IMG/VR virus record: IMGVR_UViG_3300044472_000066
Span: 1-48,530 of that record
Strand: one strand, 5' to 3'
Source of the DNA: a virus
Lineage: Duplodnaviria > Caudoviricetes
DNA length: 48,530 bases
Under the pieces are notes generated by a model. That model was not told the origin of the DNA, did no database searches, and saw only the letters and a program-made list of their open reading frames with translations. Positions 1 to 7,177 of the stretch are shown here, in pieces (the stretch's first letter is position 1; each line of letters begins with the position of its first letter). A program made the translations under genes and the position numbers.

Positions 1-254
1 ACAGTTGAGCGATGGAGGGTTGGGTTGCGCCAAGATGCTGGGCGAGTTCTTCCTGCGTGGCTCCCACAGCGAAATATAGTGCCCCTAGAAGCCACCTAGA
101 ATCTGGAAAAATTTCGCGCTGCGTAGGATCCGCGTTCTCCAAACTCCGGAGGGTCCCCGTTCCAGTATCTTCGACTTCAAGCCAAGATGCGGCCGGCAAA
201 AACGACGAAATAAATGCATCAATCTGATTCTGCCCTCAAGCTCCATTCGATCCT
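1..254. repeat. Terminal overlap, identical to 48277-48530 except G127 vs C48403; marks a circular complete genome of 48,276 bp
   Basis: Direct comparison of both ends. The overlap cuts through the small terminase gene. About 127 bp on each side of one mismatch suggests an assembler k-mer overlap. Confidence 0.95.
119..157 (-). other. Predicted lambda-type cos site (cosQ-like GGGACCC, then cosN CGCG^GATCCTACGCAG^CGCG), left copy
   Basis: Same layout as lambda GGGTCCT...TACG^GGGCGGCGACCT^CGCG: a 12-mer flanked by CG/CGCG, just upstream of the small terminase, in a phage with a GpA-type terminase. Confidence 0.65.
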
Positions 255-431
255 CATGTGACCGTCAGCGAACTCTAACTTTCCATGCGCCACGAACCCC
301 TTTAGTAACTCTCGCTCAATCTCATTGTCCGGCACCAGACGTAGCGTTAGGCCGTTCTCCCGCGCTAGGAACGTAACTAATTCGATTTTCATCTTTGTGC
401 CATTATGCGGAGAGCCAATGCTCGCCTTCAA
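219..431 (-). CDS. hypothetical protein
   Basis: 70-aa ORF overlapping the stop of the upstream ORF by 4 nt. Confidence 0.55.
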   Translation of the reverse strand: MKASIGSPHNGTKMKIELVTFLARENGLTLRLVPDNEIERELLKGFVAHGKLEFADGHMRIEWSLRAESD

Positions 432-637
432 GGTGTTTGAGTGAGATCGAATTCCGAACTGACGAGATAACGAATCTTTACCGGATTGCCGCTGCGCTTG
501 CCCAATATCAATTCGATCGTCACTTTAGTTGTCTCAGTGTCAACTTCGATACTGCGGTCGCGCTTCTTTAATTCAGCACGGATTACTTCAAGCCAGGATG
601 CGGCGCGGGGTTGTAGCGGAGGCGAAACTATCGGCAT
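428..637 (-). CDS. small hypothetical protein, loosely DUF2292/YezD-like; candidate late regulator
   Basis: 69 aa with a helix then beta strands (KVTIELILGKRSGNPVKIRY); starts right after a leader terminator. Confidence 0.5.
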   Translation of the reverse strand: MPIVSPPLQPRAASWLEVIRAELKKRDRSIEVDTETTKVTIELILGKRSGNPVKIRYLVSSEFDLTQTP

Positions 638-639
638 AT

Positions 640-718
640 AAAAAAAAACGGCAGTCTTTGCCGCTCCGAACTCCGATAGAATTTAAGCACATCTTTTCAA
701 TGGACGGATCATAGCACA
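640..718 (-). promoter_or_regulatory. Extended -10 promoter (TGTGCTATGAT) with a short leader ending in an intrinsic terminator (CGGCA-AAGAC-TGCCG-T9)
   Basis: Motifs read on the - strand; the U-tract ends 2 nt before the ATG at 637. Confidence 0.5.
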
Positions 719-738
719 GATCGGGCCAAGAGTGGGAG

Positions 739-759
739 CGGTGCGATTTCGGTGCGATC
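739..759. repeat. Tandem GGTGCGAT repeats, putative integrase arm-type sites (second pair at 913-933)
   Basis: CGGTGCGATTTCGGTGCGATC (739-759) vs CGGTGCGATTTTGGTGCGATC (913-933), on either side of the attP core. Confidence 0.65.
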
Positions 760-780
760 GATAGTCGCCGATGGGAGCTT

Positions 781-1944
781 TTAGGCGCTTTTAAGGAGTT
801 GTGCTCCTTTGAAAACCCTTAGTCGTCGCACTTCCTCACACATGCGCTCGAAGTCGTCGACGGGTTCAAATCCCGGCCCCGCAACCATGATTTCATTACA
901 ATTTTGGCCAGCCGGTGCGATTTTGGTGCGATCCAAATCGAGCTTGCCGCAGTAATCGTCCTGGATCATTTGCACTGACGTCCCACAATATTGTGCGACA
1001 GCCAGCGGCTCATCGCCCCGCTTGATCGCCTCAGTGATAAAAGTGTGTCTTGTCGAATAGAACTTCCTATGCCTGATGCCAAGCTCAACGAGCGGTGCGG
1101 ACCAATTATGTTGCGCCCACTTCTTGGTCATTGGCCTTCCGAGCTTGCTCACGAAGACTGAATCGATTCCGAGGGCCCTGGATGGGAGGATCTTTAGCGC
1201 TGCGGCGATTTCGGGGCTTATAGCGATCGTCCTTCCGCTATGACGAGTTTTTGGCGCGCTTTCCTTACCCAGATCAAGCGATTTGGAAATAACGATGCTT
1301 CCAGATTGCAGATCGATATCGCTCCACTTAAGCGCAGAAGCCTCCGAAGGCCGCATCCCCGTGCTGAACTGCACCTTTATCCAGGGATAATAGAAATAAT
1401 CATTTATACGCCACCACTCGATTATTTTATCCCGCTCCTCAGCGGTGAAGGGATCAGGCGCAGGCGCGAGCCTTGTCGGCCATTCCACAAGCTCAAAGGG
1501 GTCCTCACGCGCGGCTTTTTCCTTCCGCGCGGCGCGCCACAAGGCGCGAAACGATCCGTCGATAATGTTTCTGGCAGTCTTGAGCTTGGCCGTTTTGAGG
1601 ATCTTTGAGCGAAAATTATTAAGCGCGTCGACAGTTATCTCGCAAAGCTGGCGATCGCCGAGCGCGGGCAGTATCCGTGAGCTGAAATGCTGGCGATAAT
1701 CGCGCAATGCGCTCGGACGAATCAGCCCCTGCGCCTCATCCTCGACTCTGAGCGCGATCCATTTTTCATAGAACTCCTTCAATGTCAGCTCCGGCCCTAG
1801 GCCAAACTCGCCACGGATGTATTGCTCCAGCCTAAGCTGCGCCAGGCCCCTTTTGCTCGTGCCCAGGGATTTTCTGATCTCGCCGTCGATCAAATAATAT
1901 AAGCCGCCGCCCCGATCCGGCCTTGCCTTGATGTGCGCTGGCAT
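781..1944 (-). CDS. int: tyrosine recombinase / phage integrase
   Basis: N-terminal arm and SAM-like regions, TGMRPSE (catalytic R), PKT, YSTRHTF (HxxR variant), DDY (catalytic Y). Confidence 0.93.
   Translation of the reverse strand: MPAHIKARPDRGGGLYYLIDGEIRKSLGTSKRGLAQLRLEQYIRGEFGLGPELTLKEFYEKWIALRVEDEAQGLIRPSALRDYRQHFSSRILPALGDRQLCEITVDALNNFRSKILKTAKLKTARNIIDGSFRALWRAARKEKAAREDPFELVEWPTRLAPAPDPFTAEERDKIIEWWRINDYFYYPWIKVQFSTGMRPSEASALKWSDIDLQSGSIVISKSLDLGKESAPKTRHSGRTIAISPEIAAALKILPSRALGIDSVFVSKLGRPMTKKWAQHNWSAPLVELGIRHRKFYSTRHTFITEAIKRGDEPLAVAQYCGTSVQMIQDDYCGKLDLDRTKIAPAGQNCNEIMVAGPGFEPVDDFERMCEEVRRLRVFKGAQLLKSA
861..887 (+). other. attP core identical in form to the 3' end of tRNA-fMet (T-arm + CCCCGCAACCA)
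   Basis: CGGGTTCAAATCCCGGCCCCGCAACCA; T-loop TTCAAAT, initiator acceptor 3' strand and CCA; no 5' tRNA half present. Confidence 0.85.
913..933. repeat. Second pair of putative integrase arm-type sites
   Basis: 20/21 match to 739-759. Confidence 0.65.
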
Positions 1945-2146
1945 TGATCACCGCCTCCTGTATCGGGATGCCCAGGCCCTCGGTCAGGCGAAACAGCGCG
2001 TCGATCCGTCTGGGGAGCTCCCCCGAAAGAATTTTCTGAAGCGTCTTACTATTAACGCCGCAGTGTGTGCAAGTAGATTTTACGTTCCACCCGCGCGCTT
2101 TCATAGCTTGCATGACCTGCGCCACGTTGGGCCGGGCTGCAATCAT
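1832..2146 (-). CDS. XRE/Cro-type HTH protein, possible recombination directionality factor
   Basis: MKARGWNVKSTCTHCGVNSKTLQKILSG helix-turn-helix; directly upstream of and overlapping int. Confidence 0.65.
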   Translation of the reverse strand: MIAARPNVAQVMQAMKARGWNVKSTCTHCGVNSKTLQKILSGELPRRIDALFRLTEGLGIPIQEAVINASAHQGKAGSGRRLILFDRRRDQKIPGHEQKGPGAA

Positions 2147-2188
2147 GAGCCAACATCTCCTGCTTTACGCAACATGCTTTCTCTAGGA

Positions 2189-2806
2189 TTATTTCACAGG
2201 CTTATATTGATCCGCGCCTTCTGGCTCACCGATGAATGCAGGTTGTTGCATAACAGGTACTGAAGAAGTCATATCCAGCCTGTTCCTCGCGGCAATTTGT
2301 TCATCGAGCAGTGCCTGGAGTCGTTTCGCCGTTGATTCTTTCGCGAGCGCCAACAGTTCGCTATCAGACCAGAATTTCGTCTCAACCATTCGCTTGTAGA
2401 TATCCTGTTTCTCTTGGTCCGTGGCGATTTTCTTTTTCTTTTTTCTTGTAAGTTTATCTATGATTTTCATAACCCTCTTTTGGTTTTCAGTTTTTTGCTG
2501 AGCAGTCAGCGGTGGTTGCAGTTTTCCAACTTTTTTCTGAAAGTCTTCCCGTTTTTGCTTTACGAGCGCTTGCCGCCACTCCGGATTGCCCCAGAAGCTT
2601 GCGGAGCCGAGCTGTGCGATAGTTGGAAAAAATCCGCTATGATCAATGCACCAAAGCACGCCCAATTTGAATCGATCAATGGGAATTTCGCCAAGCATTT
2701 GATAATAAATTTCCTGCGTTTTTTCGTCCCTATGCTCTTTTGAATGTGGAAAAGCGTTAAGAAGTGCTGCAAATTCAATATTAAAGTCTGCGCGCGACAT
2801 CATCAT
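2189..2806 (-). CDS. putative helicase loader/inhibitor-type replication protein (G39P-like N-terminus)
   Basis: FAALLNAFP...YYQMLGEIP...FFPTIAQL pattern; follows the initiator gene. Confidence 0.55.
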   Translation of the reverse strand: MMMSRADFNIEFAALLNAFPHSKEHRDEKTQEIYYQMLGEIPIDRFKLGVLWCIDHSGFFPTIAQLGSASFWGNPEWRQALVKQKREDFQKKVGKLQPPLTAQQKTENQKRVMKIIDKLTRKKKKKIATDQEKQDIYKRMVETKFWSDSELLALAKESTAKRLQALLDEQIAARNRLDMTSSVPVMQQPAFIGEPEGADQYKPVK

Positions 2807-3705
2807 TCTAACCCATGTCTAAGCGCCCGCGCGGTGGCCACTTGTAGGGAAGTCACGGCTTGAGGTTCCCTATCCGGCGCATAAATATCCTTCCACCCGC
2901 AACGTAATGATTTTTCGACCGCTTCGCCCGGATCATGGCCGCTCTTGCGAATTTCTTCGAGCTTCATGAATAAAGATTCGACCTGATGAATGGCGAGCTT
3001 TTTTCCTTCGAGTTTCCAAAACTGCTCCAGCCTGCGCCACCTATCCCAGCCACACAACATTGCCGGATGCTTCTCTCCGAGTCCCAAATCCGCGTTCTCC
3101 AAACTCCGGAGGGTCCCCGTTCCAGTATCTTCGACTTCAAGCCATCCCAAATCACTGTCTTCAATTAGTTCCGCGCGCGCGCGCGAAGGCGGCGCGCCGG
3201 CGCCGCCAATAAGTAAAGGTAAATGAGAATGAAGAGGGGAAAGAGAAAGAGAAGATGAGACGGCCTTTTCTGGCGATTTCGCCGACAAATGGCGTTTATC
3301 GGCTTTTTCTGGCGATATCACCGCCGCACTCCCCTCCTTCCCAACCCTGATCGCGGGCTTTTGCTGCCGCAGCGGCGGCGTAACCACACGCTTATCCGCA
3401 GGAATCTTCGTGTTATATTTGTAGAATGATGCCGCTGGAAAGAAATAATGACCATCCTCCTCCTGACCGATCAGCCCGGCATCGAGCAGCTCGTCGAGGC
3501 ATCCCGCCGTCTCTTCATCGGTTTTCTTGCGGTTGGGCCAGACCAGCAGATTGACCTCCTCGGGGTCCTTTGCCAGCAGGCGACAGAAATCGTCCGCATG
3601 GGGGATCATCCAGGTATAGAGGAGCGCCGCCAGGTCCGAGATGTTCTCGGCCTTGAATTTTTTGTCGGTGGATATGTCCGTGCTGAGGTCACGCCGTCGG
3701 CTCAT
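2803..3705 (-). CDS. phage replication initiator (replisome organiser-like)
   Basis: N-terminal LLYTWMIPHADD winged-helix-like region, low-complexity linker with internal repeats, C-terminal SLRCGWKDIY motif. Confidence 0.7.
   Translation of the reverse strand: MSRRRDLSTDISTDKKFKAENISDLAALLYTWMIPHADDFCRLLAKDPEEVNLLVWPNRKKTDEETAGCLDELLDAGLIGQEEDGHYFFPAASFYKYNTKIPADKRVVTPPLRQQKPAIRVGKEGSAAVISPEKADKRHLSAKSPEKAVSSSLSLSPLHSHLPLLIGGAGAPPSRARAELIEDSDLGWLEVEDTGTGTLRSLENADLGLGEKHPAMLCGWDRWRRLEQFWKLEGKKLAIHQVESLFMKLEEIRKSGHDPGEAVEKSLRCGWKDIYAPDREPQAVTSLQVATARALRHGLE
3082..3153. repeat. 54-bp copy of cos-adjacent DNA (3091-3144 = 131-184) flanked by a 9-bp direct repeat TCCCAAATC
   Basis: Exact 57-bp identity of 3088-3144 with 128-184; TCCCAAATC at 3082-3090 and 3145-3153. 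Confidence 0.95.
3209..3323. promoter_or_regulatory. Putative replication origin: purine-rich tract plus iteron-like 24-bp repeats
   Basis: CGGCCTTTTCTGGCGATTTCGCCG (3261-3284) and CGGCTTTTTCTGGCGATATCACCG (3300-3323) inside the initiator gene, as in lambda O. Confidence 0.45.
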
Positions 3706-3935
3706 AACAAATTTCCTTGTCTTTGGTGATTTTTTACTTCCGGCTTCTTATAGCCGAGATTTTTCCCGTCGTGCTCTTTTAGGTGCTTTTCATAGAAGCG
3801 CCGACACTGGGCGCAGACCGGCTCGCTCGCCCCCGGCACTAGCAGATGGCAGCAGGAAAGCAGCGCCGACTGCAGCGGCCGCGGCAAGGGGATGGCGGTC
3901 TGGGAAGTTTTACAAAGAATGCAGGGATTGTTCAT
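3702..3935 (-). CDS. small Cys-rich hypothetical protein
   Basis: CxxC...CxxC; ATGA coupling to the initiator gene. Confidence 0.55.
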   Translation of the reverse strand: MNNPCILCKTSQTAIPLPRPLQSALLSCCHLLVPGASEPVCAQCRRFYEKHLKEHDGKNLGYKKPEVKNHQRQGNLL

Positions 3936-3987
3936 TCTGGTGAGGCAAACATTGCGCCGATAATCTGAAAAAAAGAAATCATGGGAT

Positions 3988-4080
3988 CTAGTTCGTGCCC
4001 GCGCTGAGCGCAGAGACGACCCGAATGGCTGCGAGCGCGCCCAAAATAATTATCGCAGTCAAAGCCGCCATGCACGTCAT
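3988..4080 (-). CDS. small hydrophobic peptide (30 aa)
   Basis: MTCMAALTAIIILGALAAIRVVSALSAGTN, translated by hand; coupled to the upstream ORF. Confidence 0.35.
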   Translation of the reverse strand: MTCMAALTAIIILGALAAIRVVSALSAGTN

Positions 4081-4310
4081 CGCCCGCGCCGCAGCTCGAT
4101 GCGGCGGTTTTGAAACCAAGTGCCGCGCGGCCAGCGCCAGGGCAGACAGGTCTCCAATTTCGGGTTTCGGGTTTCTAGTTCGGCGGAAAAGGAGCGCTCG
4201 AAGACAGCCCGGATATGATTCGGATATGGCTCGATCTTGATCGGACGGAATTTTTCACCGCGGAGCGCGCGAAGAATTTTCATCATGAGATAATCTGCTC
4301 TCTTATCCAA
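4077..4310 (-). CDS. hypothetical protein containing a heptamer-repeat segment
   Basis: ORF in the early operon; ETRNPKLET is encoded by heptamer repeats. Confidence 0.4.
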   Translation of the reverse strand: MDKRADYLMMKILRALRGEKFRPIKIEPYPNHIRAVFERSFSAELETRNPKLETCLPWRWPRGTWFQNRRIELRRGR

Positions 4311-4687
4311 GCGCGGACCCGTTGCCAGCGTTGCTCCTCGTTTTCTCGTCCCGCATAACGGCGAAAATCGTCATCATTTATATATTCGATTTCGGCGGCG
4401 AGCGCCGTCGCGATGCCCATCGCCTGCGCAACGGAAGAGGGGTCAGAAATCGCAATCCCCGAAGTATCAAAAACTCGACGAGCTTTGCATACTGCGCCTA
4501 TCGCGCATACCTCGCCCTCCGCATCGATCAGCTCGCCAGCGATGAGTCGCTTCCGCGCCATGGCATCCATGGCTATTGCCATTTCGCGCAGAAAAGCTTG
4601 GCCGCGTTTGCCCCTGATCGCTTTTTCGACCGCGCGCCGGTAGAGATTCAAATTTTCGCACTCAAAATCATAGCCGCTTCTGCTCAT
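4283..4687 (-). CDS. conserved phage hypothetical protein
   Basis: IRGKRGQAFLRE...LIAGEL...GEVCAIGAV...EIEYIND pattern recognised from phage early regions. Confidence 0.7.
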   Translation of the reverse strand: MSRSGYDFECENLNLYRRAVEKAIRGKRGQAFLREMAIAMDAMARKRLIAGELIDAEGEVCAIGAVCKARRVFDTSGIAISDPSSVAQAMGIATALAAEIEYINDDDFRRYAGRENEEQRWQRVRAWIREQIIS

Positions 4688-4923
4688 TCGTGAGGCTCCT
4701 CATAAATGAAGTCGTCATCGATCAGCGCCCTTGGCGGCGGCGCCTTGTTTTCCCAAGAAAAAAAACGGATGTCCGTCATTTGCATTTTTCCGACACACAG
4801 CCTCGTGGCCTCCGCGACCGCCGCGGTGATAGATGCGACCTCGGCGAGCGAGATTTCATACTTCAGATATTTTGCCAGGATCGGGCTGCCCACGGTGAGA
4901 ACAAGCGGCGTCCTGCTCATCAT
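4684..4923 (-). CDS. hypothetical protein
   Basis: Overlapping start/stop coupling in the operon. Confidence 0.55.
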   Translation of the reverse strand: MMSRTPLVLTVGSPILAKYLKYEISLAEVASITAAVAEATRLCVGKMQMTDIRFFSWENKAPPPRALIDDDFIYEEPHE

Positions 4924-5102
4924 TCAGCTCGGCAAGACCACTCAATCATTTTTTTTATTTTGCGATCCAAGGACTTGGTTCGGTGCACGCGCCGCCATAC
5001 GCTAAGGTCGATCAATCCCTTTGGCACAATGAGGATTTGATGGTCCTCGTCCTTCAGCGCGCACATTTTTTTTCCGTCCGCGCCATGATAGATCTTTTTC
5101 AC
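4920..5102 (-). CDS. hypothetical protein
   Basis: Coupled 60-aa ORF. Confidence 0.5.
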   Translation of the reverse strand: MKKIYHGADGKKMCALKDEDHQILIVPKGLIDLSVWRRVHRTKSLDRKIKKMIEWSCRAE

Positions 5103-5111
5103 AAAATTATC

Positions 5112-5207
5112 TCAAGGAATCCAGCTCGGAATATTGAAGAGTTTTATCAGAGCAAGCGCCACGATAAATCCGATAGCCGCCCAGAAAGCGAACTCCGTCC
5201 AGCGCAT
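5112..5207 (-). CDS. small membrane peptide (31 aa)
   Basis: MRWTEFAFWAAIGFIVALALIKLFNIPSWIP, translated by hand. Confidence 0.5.
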   Translation of the reverse strand: MRWTEFAFWAAIGFIVALALIKLFNIPSWIP

Positions 5208-5209
5208 TC

Positions 5210-5335
5210 TCAGAACAGTCCACCCATCGCAGCCGCAGGGATAAAGATATCTGCGTGCTCAAAAAAATAAGCGAGCGCGACCAGGCCGAAAACGACCGCG
5301 AACAGCCCGATGATATCGTCGATCAATCTCATCAT
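5210..5335 (-). CDS. small membrane peptide (41 aa)
   Basis: MMRLIDDIIGLFAVVFGLVALAYFFEHADIFIPAAAMGGLF. Confidence 0.5.
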   Translation of the reverse strand: MMRLIDDIIGLFAVVFGLVALAYFFEHADIFIPAAAMGGLF

Positions 5336-5339
5336 TATT

Positions 5340-5504
5340 TTAGGTTCCAAAGAGCGCCCGCAAAGTTTTTTCGATCCAGTCGGCTTGCCAAAGGATCAAG
5401 GCGATCAAGCCCGCCATCAAGAGCCATTCGACCAAGCGCTGCATGATGAGCCATGCGACAATCGCGACCGGGCAGAAAAAAACCAGCGTCTGTCTATTTT
5501 CCAA
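5340..5504 (-). CDS. small membrane protein (54 aa from TTG 5504, or 34 aa from ATG 5444)
   Basis: ...MQRLVEWLLMAGLIALILWQADWIEKTLRALFGT. Confidence 0.45.
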   Translation of the reverse strand: MENRQTLVFFCPVAIVAWLIMQRLVEWLLMAGLIALILWQADWIEKTLRALFGT

Positions 5505-5628
5505 GTTCTACTACCTGCGTCACGGCACCGGCGACTCGGTATTGCAGCATCACCACGGCCTGGACCCAGAGCCAGCCGAGAAAACATACAAGTGCGGCGG
5601 TAAAGATCACAAAAGGTAGATCCTTCAT
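5494..5628 (-). CDS. small membrane peptide (44 aa)
   Basis: MKDLPFVIFTAALVCFLGWLWVQAVVMLQYRVAGAVTQVVELGK, preceded by a GGGAGG Shine-Dalgarno. Confidence 0.6.
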   Translation of the reverse strand: MKDLPFVIFTAALVCFLGWLWVQAVVMLQYRVAGAVTQVVELGK

Positions 5629-5637
5629 AGAGCCTCC

Positions 5638-5841
5638 CTATTTTTCCGACGGTCCGTCTCTTCCCTTCTCAATTGCCCAGTGATCATCGCCAACATAATC
5701 GAAAATTAGCCGATCGATCTCCGTCTTGTCGTTGCGCCCGAGCGCTAGGCGAAGCAGATCGAGGCGCTCCGCCGTGGAAATCGACTTATTTTCCACAGGT
5801 CCGGCACACATAGACCCTCCTCCCGTCGATCGACCCCGCAA
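5638..5841 (-). CDS. hypothetical protein
   Basis: ORF; more likely start at MCAGP (5811), after GGAGG. Confidence 0.45.
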   Translation of the reverse strand: MRGRSTGGGSMCAGPVENKSISTAERLDLLRLALGRNDKTEIDRLIFDYVGDDHWAIEKGRDGPSEK

Positions 5842-6214
5842 TCTTGAGCTCGTCGCCGCAGTCCGCGCAGCCGAGGACTTTTCTTCGCTTGCATGCGGCC
5901 CCGCTCCGGATCGCCTCTAGCGCCCGCTCCAACTCCGCGATTGCCGCTGCGGTCACGAGTTTCCGATTCGCCGGCGCACAAAAATGCTCTAGCAGCTCAT
6001 CCAGGAGCGCCTCGCCTTGCTCGCTCGCGATCTCTGCCGCAGCGAGCGAGATTATTTTAAGCAGCTGTCTGATGGGTATCTCCCGACCCGAGCGCTCCGG
6101 ATCCTGCTCCCAGGTCCGCGCCGTCCCCTCCGCCACTCTGAGCCGCTCCGCTGCAGCTTTCACGCCGCCGAGCTGCTCAAAAATATCGTCGATAATTAAA
6201 TGGCGGGGACGCAT
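5786..6214 (-). CDS. CII-like DNA-binding regulator with C-terminal zinc ribbon
   Basis: GGVKAAAERLRVAEGTARTW HTH; CADC...CRTC. Confidence 0.6.
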   Translation of the reverse strand: MRPRHLIIDDIFEQLGGVKAAAERLRVAEGTARTWEQDPERSGREIPIRQLLKIISLAAAEIASEQGEALLDELLEHFCAPANRKLVTAAAIAELERALEAIRSGAACKRRKVLGCADCGDELKIAGSIDGRRVYVCRTCGK

Positions 6215-6585
6215 TTAATCTTTTTCCCATTAACGCCCAATTGGTAGAGAGCGGCGCGATGTTCCAAGAAATTGGCTTCCTCCACTCTTTCGATAATTTG
6301 GAATTTGATAAGAAGTCCGATCGCTCTCGAAATTTCGATTTGATTCGAGCGAAATAATTCGGCAAGCCGCCTTTGCGGAAGTATGAATGTTGTAGGATGA
6401 GACTCGCTCAAATGAAGGACGAACGCCGCGAAAATTTTAAAATCCGCTCCAATATCAGGAACGTCTTTTAGGTCGAATGGCTCCTGCAGCGCTCTTTTAT
6501 AGGCCGCGCTTGGGGATCCGTCCAAAAGCTCGCGGAGCTCGAATCTTTTCTGCACTCCCACCAATTTTCTGTCTCCCCTCCGCAT
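6196..6585 (-). CDS. winged-helix DNA-binding protein
   Basis: LPQRRLAELFRSNQIEISRAIGLLIKFQII wHTH pattern. Confidence 0.55.
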   Translation of the reverse strand: MRRGDRKLVGVQKRFELRELLDGSPSAAYKRALQEPFDLKDVPDIGADFKIFAAFVLHLSESHPTTFILPQRRLAELFRSNQIEISRAIGLLIKFQIIERVEEANFLEHRAALYQLGVNGKKIKCVPAI

Positions 6586-6781
6586 CCTTCATCATTATTC
6601 TGGCCAATTCCTTGCGAGCCTGATCGAGACAAAAAACAAGCAGATGGAGCTCGGAAGCGTGAAGATTCTCAATTTCTCTGATCAGGTGGAGCAAATCACT
6701 ATGAGCCTCTGTTTTTTTTCTGCACCCCTTCCGAGAATTCTGCGTCACCGGCTGTAGAATAGGCTTCCGCCATCGCTGCAT
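6497..6781 (-). CDS. hypothetical protein
   Basis: ORF downstream of the cro-like gene. Confidence 0.4.
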   Translation of the reverse strand: MQRWRKPILQPVTQNSRKGCRKKTEAHSDLLHLIREIENLHASELHLLVFCLDQARKELARIMMKDAEGRQKIGGSAEKIRAPRAFGRIPKRGL

Positions 6782-6871
6782 TTTTCTCTTGCCCAGGGTT
6801 AAACATTTGAGTTAAACTCACCGCTTGAAAAAAATACGCCGCCTAGAGCACTGACCGGGCAAAGTCCGGCT

Positions 6872-7111
6872 CTAGGCGGCGCGTAGCTTGTCCCACGACT
6901 TGCCCGTGGCTTTCTCTATGGCGACCACGACGCGGGCTGATGTGCTTTGTCCGTTACAGACCCGCGTGACGAGAGAGTTACTCACGCCGCACTGTCGTGC
7001 GATCTCAGAGGGCGAAGTACCCGCGGCATAAAGCGCGAGCGTGACCTGAGTCGGCGGGCGCCGCTCCCTCGTTGGCTTAGTTCTTTTGCGTTTCGTGTTT
7101 GAGTTAATCAT
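6872..7111 (-). CDS. cro: Cro-like HTH regulator
   Basis: SPSEIARQCGVSNSLVTRV HTH; divergent from the repressor. Confidence 0.75.
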   Translation of the reverse strand: MINSNTKRKRTKPTRERRPPTQVTLALYAAGTSPSEIARQCGVSNSLVTRVCNGQSTSARVVVAIEKATGKSWDKLRAA

Positions 7112-7128
7112 TTAACGCAAGGTGAGTT

Positions 7129-7177
7129 TTACAGCTTAGCTGTAATTATGTCAAGCGAAAAATATAGCCAGGCTTTA
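7129..7177. promoter_or_regulatory. Immunity switch: operators TAnAGC-N3-GCTnTA (7130-7144, 7163-7177) and leftward promoter with -35 TTGACA (7149-7154)
   Basis: Perfect palindrome TTACAGC-TTA-GCTGTAA and related TATAGC-CAG-GCTTTA between and within divergent HTH genes. Confidence 0.65.

Noticed and set aside
861-887. tRNA gene
   Set aside because: Only the T-arm and 3' acceptor strand are present, with no D-arm or anticodon arm; interpreted as attP.
128-3144. 57-bp repeat pair as a DGR template/variable repeat
   Set aside because: The copies are identical with no adenine-specific changes, and no reverse transcriptase is encoded.
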